Source: a virus
Lineage: Duplodnaviria > Caudoviricetes
IMG/VR virus record: IMGVR_UViG_3300033153_009453
Location: 1 to 55,434 of that record
DNA length: 55,434 bases
Reading direction: 5' to 3' (one strand)
Translations under genes and position numbers: made by a program
Shown here: positions 11,913 through 22,228 of the stretch, one piece after another
Layout of the letters: every line of letters begins with the position of its first letter
Position numbering within the stretch: position 1 is the stretch's first letter
Notes under the pieces: model-generated
What the model was told of the DNA's origin: nothing
Databases searched by the model: none
Seen by the model: the letters and a program-made list of their open reading frames with translations, nothing else

Positions 11913-12010
11913 AAAGAAAATTAAAAAAAGTTTTGCAATTAAAGAAAAAAAGTCTTATACTTAGTAGTAGATAAATAAGGAAAACAATTTTAGTTTAATA
12001 ATTATAAATT

Positions 12011-12268
12011 ATGGGAACAGTAAAAAAACATGAAAGATTTTTTCATACTCCTGAAAAGGATATATTTTCAGTTCACTCTAATGAGTGAGGAGAAACTAAA
12101 GAAATAGGTAAAGCTAAAGAGTTTATACTATACATGAATTTCATGTTAAAATATGATAACCACAAGGAGGTTACTACTATATGGGAAGCCTTAGATAGTT
12201 TTCAAGCATATTATGCTTGACCTGAGGTTTGAGGGTGAATGGAAATATTTATAACTTATTGAAAATAA
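12011..12268 (+). CDS. Hypothetical protein (85 aa)
   Basis: Open with TGA=Gly, after promoter 11933. Confidence 0.7.
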
Positions 12269-12495
12269 TAGTAAGGAAAACTTTACAATATATTCGGCGA
12301 ACGACTTATAAAGTAATTATTCTAATTGTCAAGCTAAAATACTTGCAATTAAAGTAAAAAGTCTTATACTACTATTAGTTCAATTGAGAAGCAGTAACAT
12401 TCTACCTCACTAATCATAATGTATTAGACAAGTATACAAGAGGTATAATAAAAAGAATAGCTTCTACTTAATAATAATTCTTTAAATAAAATAAT

Positions 12496-13086
12496 ATGAA
12501 AAATATACAAATAGAACTACCTTTATTTACTGGCTTCTATCAAGGTGCTCACGACGGTAATATGGAGGTTGCAGAAGAGCAAATTATGGAAAACTATGAC
12601 TTTAATAATTATGATGACTTTATTAAAGCCTACAATATAGATTATAAAGCTATTCATAAGGAATATAGTAAAGATTATACTAATGAATATATTTCTTTAT
12701 TTGGGGAAAAAATAAAGAAAGTTACTTGAATAAATATAATTAAATTCATTAAACTAACTAGCCCACAATATTATAATTATTCTACTGATACAATAGATGT
12801 AGAAGTTGAAGTAAATCAAGAAGAGCTATTGGCTTTTATTAATAAAGCAGGTGTAAGCTTCATTCAATACATTAAGGGAACTAACACTTCTTCTGATTGA
12901 TTTATTACTTATATGCCTAATAATATAGAAGAGTATATTAAGAATATAATTGAATACCCTAACAGAATAAGCCAAGTGATAGAATACTATCTTGATAGTA
13001 TTACATTTAATGAGTACGATATAATTGAAAATATAGAAGTATCAGAAATATTTGAGAGTAATATCTCAAGTTGTCAAGCTAAATAA
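12496..13086 (+). CDS. Conserved phage hypothetical acidic protein (196 aa)
   Basis: LPLFTGFY...SPQYYNYSTDTI...SSDGF motifs. Confidence 0.75.
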
Positions 13087-13174
13087 TAATATTAGTTTGT
13101 AATTATAAGAAAAATCCTTATAATTACTCTTAGTTAAATAAGGAAAACAATTTTAATTTAATAATTATAAGATT

Positions 13175-13336
13175 ATGGTAACTAAAAAAGAAATAAAAAA
13201 TCAAGTTATGAATTTAATTATTCAAAGAAAAGATTGGATAGAAGAGCCCAACATGGACAGTAGAGATTGAGAGTTAACTAATGAATATGATAAGTGATAC
13301 TTACAAGCTTGTCAAGATATAAATAACTGGCTTTAA
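13175..13336 (+). CDS. Hypothetical protein (53 aa)
   Basis: Conserved leader plus promoter 13097. Reads YDKGYLQACQDI. Confidence 0.65.
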
Positions 13337-13354
13337 TTATTAATAATATAGATT

Positions 13355-13720
13355 ATGAGAAATATAGAAACAATAATTCTACTAGGACTATTAATAATGT
13401 TAATGATAATACTACCAACGCATCCTACTAACGCATATACAACCACTGATTTAGTAGAAGAAGAACAATGTTATAGTGACGGCGACTGTTACGACTTTTA
13501 CTTGATTGTAGAATGAGAAGGTTATAATGAAAGCTATTATACTAACTATTGGTATAATTGAAATACATATAAAATTCCAATGCCTAACACTAGACAACAC
13601 TTTCTTCTTTTACTTGGATACTTTGAGAATTGAACTCTAAGTAAGAATAATGATTATTATAATACTATGGTAATCCATAAGACATTACTGATGTATTGAA
13701 TGGAGGGTTTAATTTATTAA
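13355..13720 (+). CDS. Putative exported protein (121 aa)
   Basis: N-terminal hydrophobic signal ending T-N-A. Confidence 0.65.
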
Positions 13721-13818
13721 AGTTGAAATTAAATTTGACTTTGATAAAGAAAAGAATATAATAGAGTTAGTTAAATAAGGAAGCAAGGCTTCACTTTTAA
13801 TAATTAATTATAAACATT

Positions 13819-14133
13819 ATGAATAATTACAGAGTAATTATAGAAATAATAATAGAAGGAAAATGATTAGTTGAATTAATTTATAATTACAATAATGTAA
13901 GTTATGAAAAGGCTTATGAGTTAAGTCAAAATGAAGAATTACCTAAAGGTTACAAAGAGTGAAGCTTTGAAATTATAAGCATTTTAAAAATAATAGAAAG
14001 GGATTGCGACTTAGATGTGAATAATTATAAATCTTATTGTATAAGTGCAGATATTGATTTTAAATTGCAGGCTAGCTTAGATAATTTCCTTGAATGGACT
14101 GAGGATGCCTTAGAGGATTTAATTATAGATTAA
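13819..14133 (+). CDS. Hypothetical acidic protein (104 aa)
   Basis: Promoter 13735 and conserved leader, open with TGA=Gly. Confidence 0.7.
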
Positions 14134-14199
14134 TATTGTAAGTATATATAATTTAACTATTGTATATACTATAGAATTTTAATATTTAATTATAACATT

Positions 14200-14409
14200 A
14201 TGAGTAACAGGTATTTTGCAGATTACAGAAGGGGAAATATAGACGAACTAGCTATATACGACAGAGAAGAAAATGAGAACGGTATAGTTAATGTTGAAGT
14301 TGATTTTATAACATTAGAAGAGGATAATATAGATGAATGTGTAGAATACATTCTAAAAGAAAATAATATAAAAAAAGAGGAGGTTTGTGATTATACTAAT
14401 TTAATTTAA
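14200..14409 (+). CDS. Hypothetical acidic protein (69 aa)
   Basis: Present in the ORF track and has the conserved leader. Confidence 0.7.
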   Translation: MSNRYFADYRRGNIDELAIYDREENENGIVNVEVDFITLEEDNIDECVEYILKENNIKKEEVCDYTNLI

Positions 14410-14429
14410 TATTTATTAACTTGTAGATT

Positions 14430-14576
14430 ATGAACGAAAAATTAGAAATTCTTAGAGGGATTTTAAAAGACCAAAACGAGATTTTAATCATTTGTTCTAT
14501 TGAAAAGGAACATCATATTTTAAAACAAATAGAAGCTACTGAGGAGCAAATAAAACAAATGATTAATTGTTGGTAA
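14430..14576 (+). CDS. Hypothetical protein (48 aa)
   Basis: Leader TTGTAGATT-ATG. Confidence 0.55.
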   Translation: MNEKLEILRGILKDQNEILIICSIEKEHHILKQIEATEEQIKQMINCW

Positions 14577-14743
14577 TAATATATTTATAGAATAATCCTA
14601 CCTTAGTAGTAATCTACCATTATAGCTTATATATAATATAAACTACCAAGTCATAAGTAGATAATAATGAAGAGTGAAAAAGCCAATAGTTCTTTAATAT
14701 AATCCGAATTTATATAAATTACTTTATTTCTTTATTTGGAAAA

Positions 14744-14872
14744 ATGGAAGAATTAGAATTAATTTGACAACTTGAAGAGTTGTTGGAGAGTTGAAATTAT
14801 CAACCTCAAAAGAAAAAGGAATTAGAGAAAAGTATTTTAAAACTTAAAAAGAAACTATGATTAAAGAAATAA
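14744..14872 (+). CDS. Hypothetical protein (42 aa)
   Basis: Open with TGA=Gly and overlaps the next start. Confidence 0.5.
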
Positions 14873-15018
14873 CAGTAATGATAATAGTTATAACTATTTG
14901 TATAACCGCATATAGTATAAGTAAGGTATACAGTCCTTATAGCAATGACTGTGAGGCTTGTGAGTGTATTACTACTATCGAAAAAGACTGAAGCGAATAT
15001 GATGCCTTAATCTTCTAA
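14857..15018 (+). CDS. Small membrane-anchored protein (53 aa)
   Basis: N-terminal hydrophobic helix and a CEACEC motif. Confidence 0.55.
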
Positions 15019-15037
15019 TAATTATAACTAAAATATT

Positions 15038-15181
15038 ATGAAAAATAAAATAAAATTCTACATAAAGAAAACTACTTTACCCCACAAGGAATGGTGACCG
15101 TTTGAGAATAAAAAGAAAGCACACGAGGCTTTAATAGATATTAGGGATGATTTTCCTGATACGAAAGTATTTTCTAAATAA
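15038..15181 (+). CDS. Hypothetical protein (47 aa)
   Basis: Reads EWGPFENKKKA with TGA=Gly. Confidence 0.55.
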
Positions 15182-15185
15182 TATT

Positions 15186-15302
15186 ATGAAATTTGATACA
15201 AAAGTATTACTTTTTACTCTATTCTTATTTAGTCTTCTTACTAGTATTTTACTATTAATAGATTATCTAATGGAAAAAAAGATTTATAATTTAATCTTCT
15301 AG
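15186..15302 (+). CDS. Small membrane protein (38 aa)
   Basis: Single hydrophobic segment, followed by a CCCCCT/AGGGGG hairpin at ~15309-15326. Confidence 0.5.
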   Translation: MKFDTKVLLFTLFLFSLLTSILLLIDYLMEKKIYNLIF

Positions 15303-15469
15303 TAATTACCCCCTTTAATTAGGGGGATTTTACCTTAGATGAGTAGGCGAACTATAAAAATCTAATTTGTCAAGAGTTTTCTTTAAATTTAAATTTGCAA
15401 TTAAATAGTTATTCGTTATACTTAGGGTAGTTCAATTAAGAACACTTTATATTTTAATTATTATTTATT

Positions 15470-15769
15470 ATGAATTGAATAAATCATATAAGAGATACGA
15501 TTACTGATGAGGTTTTCATATTAAAATGAGAGAAAAGAAATTTATATAATTGAGATGATGTAGTATTTTTCTATTTATTTGAGAAAGATATTGATAAGAA
15601 TTTAATATCTCACAGGTGCGGGATATGTAAATATCTTGATTTAGATTTTTATTTTGAAAAATATTTTTTAAAAGATAAAAAAGTAACAACCTTAGAGGTT
15701 GGAGATTTTCAAAAATGAGAAGATATTTTCTTAGAACATAAAAGATATTGTCGAGCATCGAGAGGGTAA
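15470..15769 (+). CDS. Hypothetical protein (99 aa)
   Basis: After promoter 15395, open with TGA=Gly. Confidence 0.65.
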
Positions 15770-16124
15770 CCCCCCTTTATATTATTAACCTTGTAGATTA
15801 TGTTTAAAAATATTTTTAAAAGAAAATTAAAAATAAATTTGACTTTGATAAAGAAAAGAATATAATACTCTTAGTTAAATAAAAGCTTTTACATATTCGC
15901 CGAACTAATCATAATGTATTAGACATGTAATCCTCGGTATAATAAAAGAAATATAAAAAAGTTTTGACTTATAAGAATAAAAGAATATAATAGTTATGTG
16001 TTACAAGCTAACGGTTCGGCTACCTTAAACACTTTAAAGATAAGAGGTATTAAAAAGAAAATCGTATAAGACAGTAGGGTTTAATATAATTAATCCTCTG
16101 AGCTGGGGTTTAAATCCCTGATTT

Positions 16125-16247
16125 ATTAAAAACAAATACTTGTACATCAAGCTTCAAGGTAGCTCCTTGAAGGGTTGCAATTACATGCATCCTATAGAAT
16201 GTAATTAAGTTTCAAGTACTTAAGGTGTACAAGTATTTGTTTTTAAT
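16125..16247 (+). ncRNA. Multi-branched cloverleaf-like RNA closed by a 22-bp perfect stem
   Basis: Closing stem ATTAAAAACAAATACTTGTACA / TGTACAAGTATTTGTTTTTAAT. Internal stems CTTCAAGG/CCTTGAAG and AATTACAT/ATGTAATT, plus a T-arm-like AAGT-TTCAAGT-ACTT. Confidence 0.55.
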
Positions 16248-16258
16248 ATAAATTATAT

Positions 16259-16343
16259 GCCACCTTAGTTCAGTGGTAGAACAAAAGTAAGCCAGCTTTG
16301 AGCTGGATACTTTCGGTCGCTGGTTCAAATCCAGCAGGTGGCA
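16259..16343 (+). tRNA. Atypical tRNA-like RNA with extended anticodon arm (apical loop CT-TTG-AG, Gln-like)
   Basis: Acceptor GCCACCT/AGGTGGC, D arm GTTC-AGTGGTA-GAAC, T arm GCTGG-TTCAAAT-CCAGC. The anticodon arm is AAAGTA-AG-CCAGCTTTGAGCTGG-A-TACTTT. No encoded CCA. Confidence 0.7.
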
Positions 16344-16479
16344 ACATTTTAAATAAAGACAGTGATGGATTGTATAATTCTGCTTTTGCAGATTGGGTTA
16401 ATTTTCTAGTAAGGGTTGACCTGCACATTATACAATCCTTTTTGTTTTTATTTTTGATTTTATTTCTTAATAAGCTAAC

Positions 16480-16725
16480 ATGAATTCTAATGTGCTTTCA
16501 CTTAAAGGTGAAACTCAGGGAGCTATTTATTTTATAACACTCAATTATTTAAGAGTAACTCAAGATATATTTTTTGGATATTATTGATATAGTAGATGGA
16601 TTAATGGTATACCTATAACAGTAGATGGGTACTGAGTACCCTATAATGAAGATAATGAAGCTGAAACTACTTCATATTGAAGGAAGAAAAATACTTATGC
16701 TCCCTTATTTTTTAGGGATTTTTAA
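16480..16725 (+). CDS. Hypothetical protein (81 aa)
   Basis: Open with TGA=Gly. Confidence 0.55.
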
Positions 16726-16916
16726 GTATCTCATCATATGATTAGGGGGTATCTAATGACATAATGAGAAGTAATAGAATATTTAAAAAGAATATATTAC
16801 TCTTTTTCAAAGAGTAGAAGAGGGCTTTATAGATAGTCTCCATATAAAATGAAAAAAGAGTTTATATAATTTTTTTATTTTACTTGGGCTATATTTATTT
16901 CTTAACAAGTCAATAG

Positions 16917-17369
16917 ATGTGATTAATAGTCAAGCATATAATACAAGAAGTTCCTGCTTATGGAAGAGAAACAACCTCCTATAAAATAGGAAGACAAATA
17001 TTCAAGGAAAACCATAAAGATTATGATTTACATAGAAGTCTGTACTATATCTTACAGAGGTTACCTAAGGAGTACTTCTGTATTAAGAAAGATATAGATA
17101 ATCCCTTATGGGGAAACTATATTAAATGGCTTAAAGGAAAGCCTAATGGAACATGGGATATAGATAGTCCAAGAGGTATCTACTTTTGAAAAATGGCTGA
17201 TTGGGGTTATTTTCGGCAACGCACTTGTTGGGGGGAATTACTAACCCTCAAAGATTGGGATTATATAATTAATCCCCCTAAAAGGAGGTTAAGAAGAATA
17301 TGAAATACTTCTTTAAGGAGAGGATTAAGGAAATTATTAATTAATAAAATAAAAAGATGGAAGGACTAA
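16917..17369 (+). CDS. Hypothetical protein (150 aa)
   Basis: Open with TGA=Gly; Trp-rich central part. Confidence 0.65.
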
Positions 17370-17470
17370 CAAATGAACAATTAGATGAATTGGAGAGCTA
17401 CTGTTGAGTAGCAAAATCTCTAACTTATACTGAGAGAAAATTGAGGGAGTACGAAAGGGGGGAAGTTTAA
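17357..17470 (+). CDS. Hypothetical protein (37 aa)
   Basis: Start overlaps the upstream gene, open with TGA=Gly. Confidence 0.45.
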
Positions 17471-17613
17471 TATTTAATTTTATAAGATTATGTTAAAATG
17501 GTTACAATAATAAGCTTAGATGAGCTTTACAAAAGGGATTGTACTATTGACGAAGCTATAGTATATCAGAATAACAATGAGAGTAGATTTTATTTATGTA
17601 AAATAATTTAACT

Positions 17614-17997
17614 ATGGAATTTGATAAAATATATAATGACTTTACAACCCAAGTCTTGCCGAAAATATCGGAGGGGTTGACTATGACTAAAGATTATGCT
17701 TTAGATTTACTTGGTAGATATATAAATTACCTTATAGTAACTGATACTATTACCTTAGTGGCAACAATTCTATTAAGTCTAGGAATAATAATCCTATATA
17801 GGGTTATATGGAAAAAGTCTAAAGACTTTAATAGTCATGATAAAGAGACATACAGGGTTTGATGTTGAGTAATAGGAGTGATGCTTTTATTTATTACACT
17901 AAGTGTTGTATTACAGAGTGGCACAAATCTTATACAAGACTTACTTATACCTGAAATAAGGGTATATCAAGAGTTTTGAAATAATTTTAATAAATAA
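17614..17997 (+). CDS. Membrane protein with two TM segments (127 aa)
   Basis: The ORF-track gene extended through TGA shows two hydrophobic helices. Confidence 0.75.
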
Positions 17998-18008
17998 TTT
18001 AAAAGTAT

Positions 18009-18713
18009 ATGGTTTCTAAAAAAACAATTGAGATAATGGAGTTAATAATGGGAGTAATAGTAGTTTTATTCATTTTCACTCTAACAACAATGTTAGTTTT
18101 CTCAGTCCCCAAGGCTTCCGCCGAAGAAGTTAAGATTGATTATACTAATAAATGTATTCCTTTCTCTCTAGCTGGAGGAGAAATTCTAAGGTTAAGAACC
18201 AAGATTACAATATTAGGGGCTGAGAATTTAGTCCTTAGAGCAAGGTTAAAGTCTTTAGGGACTGTTAGTACCCAAAAGGTATTAAAGTCCGGTAGAGTGA
18301 CTAAAAAGGGGTATAGAGTAGATGATTACCGCCATGAGTATATTAACTATGCGTTCTCACTAGGTTTGAATGATAAAGTTATGTATAGAAGTTCAGGAAC
18401 TAATAGTGCCTCTAAGGAGTTCGTAGGGTTACTAGAAGCTGAGAATAGTGCTTGGAATATTAGAACAAGAAGTAATTCTAGTTATTGGAGACCAGCAGAT
18501 ACTATAGAATGATACTGGAGACCAGCAGGCACTTATTGGGACTTTGGATTTTGTCAAATAAGTAATTATTATCATCCTAGTAAAACTGAAAATAAGAGAT
18601 TTTATACAGATTGGAAATGGCAAATAGACCAATGTTATAAGCTATGGAGATGATGAACTAAGTTCTATTGAGCTAAGAATATATCTAGAACAATTTTAAG
18701 ATTTAACTTTTAA
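18009..18713 (+). CDS. Membrane-anchored or exported lytic transglycosylase-like protein (234 aa)
   Basis: N-terminal TM/signal, then coiled-coil, then LLEAENSAWN...DFGFCQI..YH, resembling SLT/lysozyme-fold motifs I and II. Confidence 0.55.
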
Positions 18714-18719
18714 ATAAAT

Positions 18720-18926
18720 ATGAAAAAAATAATAATACTAGCTATATTAATAGCTACATTAACTAGTTGTTGAAAAGATTGTACATTCTATAATATGTCT
18801 AATGAAGACATAATTAAAGAAGTTAAAAAGTGTAAAGAAGCTGGAATGTGACATGAGTTTAATAAAGTCTCTTGACGGGGATTTTGTCCTAGACCTAAGG
18901 AGGTTATTTGTTCAGGTTATTTATAA
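18720..18926 (+). CDS. Putative lipoprotein (68 aa)
   Basis: MKKIIILAILIATLTSC-G lipobox. Confidence 0.65.
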
Positions 18927-18944
18927 ATATAAAATATATTAAAT

Positions 18945-19274
18945 ATGGAAAAATGTAAAGCTTGTGAAGAGGCTGTTAAAAAGTACAACCTTGATAAAGA
19001 AAGAACACTTTGGTATTATAGTCTACCTAGAGATATGGAAAGATGAAGTGTTTGGAGTGAAAAAAGCTATGGAATTGAGGGTTTAGATATAAATTTTAGA
19101 GATAATAGACTACATTTATATCTTAAAAAAGTTAATAATACCTTGATGGAACAAGAATTAGGGTTTTGTAGAACAAGTATTGCTTGTAAAGTACAAGGGT
19201 TTTCTATAAAAGAAGAAGCTATTGAAGCTTATAATAAAGCCTTAAAAGAAGAATATGAAAGTAATTTACTTTAA
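18945..19274 (+). CDS. Hypothetical protein (109 aa)
   Basis: Open with TGA=Gly. Confidence 0.65.
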
Positions 19275-19289
19275 TTAAAAAGCTAAAAT

Positions 19290-19841
19290 ATGAAAAGAAA
19301 ATGGGAACTACTTGCAAAGATTAAACCGTTAGTCAATAGGGGATGTTGTATTCATACTGAGTATAAGGTATGAAACGAATACGCTTATGAATTAATAGGT
19401 AATAATACTATTACCTTAACCATTCGTTGAGAATGGAATAACCCTAAATGAGGGGTTAATAAAATTAATAATAATATTATTAAAAGAACATTTAATAATA
19501 TTATTAAGGAAACTAATGCAGAAAAGGTTTCACCTCCAATAACCTTGGAAATTTGATATGAAGATAGCCTAAGGCTTCTCTATCATCATTATCCTTTTGG
19601 GGAAACTAATAATTCTAATTCAGTATTAGTTAACTGACAGAATAGAATAATAGCCATTCAATGGAATGGATTAAAGAATACTTCCTTAGTTCATTCTAAT
19701 GAGGTTAGAAATATACCTAATTATATTGTATTGAATAATTCTAAAAAAGTAGAATGAAAGTTCTATTTGGAGGATTTAGATATTATAACTAAGTGTTTGA
19801 GAGATTTATTTAATAATAATAAAGAATATGGGAAAATTTAG
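19290..19841 (+). CDS. Hypothetical protein (183 aa)
   Basis: Open with TGA=Gly and overlaps the next gene. Confidence 0.65.
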
Positions 19842-20676
19842 GGATTACCAAGAGGATTTAATATTTAATAAATCTAAGGATTGCTCTTTTGCAATAGAGT
19901 TAGAAATAGGATTAACCTTTTACGAAAAAGAAATAGAGTGACTACATTCTAATAGAATAAGGGAAAGTTCTAATATTATGGAACTAAGAGACCTTCACCT
20001 TAGAGACAAGAAAACAATTTCTAAGGTTTATAAGAAATGTCAAGAATATTATAAAGATAAGTTTCCATTATGAGCTAACGGTCATAATAGTTGAGGAGTA
20101 CATTTTCATGTATTTTGAGATTTTGATATATTTGAAGATACTAGTATTAATAAATTCAATTCACTTTTAATTAATTGCCCATTTTTTATGAAGCTTTATA
20201 ATTGAAGTTTTTATAATAGACAAAATAGGATGCACAGATTTGAAGATTATAGAGATGTAGAAGATAACTCTAAGGGATTATGTGTGACTTGTAATAGTGT
20301 TGGCTCTTTTGAATTTAGATGTAATAATGTTATTGATGGGAGATTATTAGGGTATTACCAATGAGTACTATTGGCAGCAAAAAAGAAAATTAAATTTGAA
20401 AAAGTTTCCAATAAAATTGAAACCTACTCAAAAAGATGAGATACTAAAGGATATTGACAACGGAATGAGGGTAATCATTCTATACTTAAATGAACTAAAT
20501 ATGAGGATTGAGTGACTGATATACCAATTGAAGATTGTGAGGGTATAAAAGTCTCTCAAGAAGATAAAGGTATAATTCTAAGGAATGTGGAAATTATCGT
20601 TTCCCTTCTAAAAGAAGAGGGATTAACTAATTCTTCTAAGGCTTTCGGGGAATATTTGGATGAATTTAATTTTTAA
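19828..20676 (+). CDS. Putative amidoligase (COOH-NH2 ligase, glutamine-synthetase-like fold; 282 aa)
   Basis: FAIELEIG, SGGVHFHVF and SFEFRCNN motifs. Confidence 0.65.
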
Positions 20677-20686
20677 TTATAAATAA

Positions 20687-21082
20687 ATGGGTAAAATAAT
20701 TTGAGTATATGGTACTCTAAAGAGAAGTGAAGGTAACTATTCTGTAATGGAAAGGGCAAAAGGTGAGTATATAGGAGATGACTATATTAGATTTGACAAA
20801 GTCTGAGATTGCGGCTTCCCTAAAGTTAAACTTTCAGCGGAAAGTAATAAATATTTACTTGTAGAATTGTTTGAAGTTCCAGAAATAGGAGTTGAATGAC
20901 CCTTAGATGGATTAGAAGGATATAATCCTAATTCTTCTTACAATCATTACAATAGAGTTAAGACAGTAACTCTAAAATGAAAAGAAATAGAAGTATATGA
21001 AATAGCCTGAGATACAGAAGATTGTTGTGAGAATTACTTTTCTCATATTGATTGAGAGAGACTATTTTATAATCGGAAATAG
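20687..21082 (+). CDS. Gamma-glutamylcyclotransferase (AIG2/GGCT family; 131 aa)
   Basis: GVYGTLKRSEGN, VELFEV and LDGLEGY...YNR. Confidence 0.85.
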
Positions 21083-21164
21083 TTCAATATACTATTTTAT
21101 ATTGGCTTTTATATAATTGAGAAAAAAGATTATGTAGGAGTATTATTTATTAATTATATATATT

Positions 21165-22217
21165 ATTTGCTGAATTGCCATCGTTAGATGAAAAAAGAGG
21201 CTTGCAGAAGCTTTAACTAACCAAGTAGATAGATGATTAGAATGAATGGGGGTAATAACCCCTAAGTGTTATTATAGAGCTTTATATAAGAAGCTTAAAA
21301 ATTATCTTTCTTATATAAAGAATTGTATTGAAGAAGATAGTATTTATATACTCCACCATAGAAAAGCCTCTGTAGGAGCTATATGTTTAGATAATGTCCA
21401 CCCTTTTGAGGGGGAGAGCTTTATTTTAGTTCAAAATTGAACTATTAGAAACTTTTATAAAGCATATAAAAATATTTATTGAAAGGAAACTGATACAGAA
21501 ACACTTCTTTCTTACTTGGAAGAAAAAGCTTCCTGTTTGAATGATATACCAATCATTCTCAAAGAGCTTTCAGAAACCTATAAGGAAGATTTTTGAATAA
21601 TTATAATTAAATCTAGAATTGAGGATAAAATATTATTCTATACTGATGGTAGTAGAGAAAGTTATATAGATATAAATACCACCAATAATACTATAAATGG
21701 TATTTATAACTATAATACCCATTCAGGGTATGAAAATACAGGACATATAGTGCTTTCCTATAAGGGGGTAATCTTAGAAAATACCTTTAAAAGTTTTAAT
21801 AAGAAAACATTTTATTTATATACTTCTTGAATACAGAAGAGGAAGAATGCAATAACTACTAGAACCTATTATGGGGAAGGTTGGAAGTGGGATTATCTCT
21901 CACGAAGTTATAAGTATACTCCCCCTAAAAAGGACAAGAGTAAAGTAGATGAATATGAAAAAGAAAAGGAAAAGATTAGAAACGAAGTTTCATACTTATT
22001 TGAAGAGTATAAGGCTTCTGACATGTATTGGATTATATGGGATTTTCTTGAGAATGTATGGGAGACGAAGCTCCCAACCGAGATTAATGCAAAACGGGCT
22101 TTTGTAGAATGGTATTATAATTTTAAAATTATGGATGAATATAAAAAATACCAATGTATTATGGAAAGAATAGAATGAGAGTTCTATGAAGCTTTCAAAA
22201 TTATCTTTAATAAATAA
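21165..22217 (+). CDS. Class II glutamine amidotransferase (Ntn-hydrolase; 350 aa) with apparent ATT start
   Basis: (ATT)-C-G-I...DRGLEGMG, HHRKASVG, NVHPF, VQNGTI and ETDTE. There is an in-frame TAG at 21135 and no ATG between it and the Cys. Confidence 0.8.
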
Positions 22218-22228
22218 TAAAATAAAAT

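Larger units (their letters stand above)
10726..15991 (+). promoter_or_regulatory. Array of nine repeated early promoters
   Basis: TTGCAA/TTGACT/TTGTAA followed by TATACT/TATAAT at 10726, 10970, 11933, 12343, 13097, 13735, 15395, 15839 and 15964. The spacer is 16 bp in all but 11933 (17 bp). Confidence 0.75.

Noticed and set aside
14850-14872. 23-bp exact match between the 3' end of an early ORF and the 3' end of the holin (reverse complement of 52450-52472)
   Set aside because: Very A/T-rich and encodes a generic KLGLKK-stop ending, with no flanking similarity. Probably chance, though not tested statistically.
10135-15351. Near-repeat TACC(C/T)TAGATGAG(C/T)AG(C/G)CGAA at 10135 and 15331 resembling a hammerhead ribozyme core
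   Set aside because: The core reads TAGATGA rather than CTGATGA, and I could not build stems I and III. It is kept only as an unexplained short repeat.
16058-16124. Possible third degenerate tRNA (GGG-TTTAAAT-CCC T-arm-like hairpin)
   Set aside because: No convincing D arm or 7-bp acceptor stem.
16738-16860. Possible small ORF(s) between 16725 and 16917
   Set aside because: All frames hit TAA or TAG quickly, and there is no leader motif or recognisable product.
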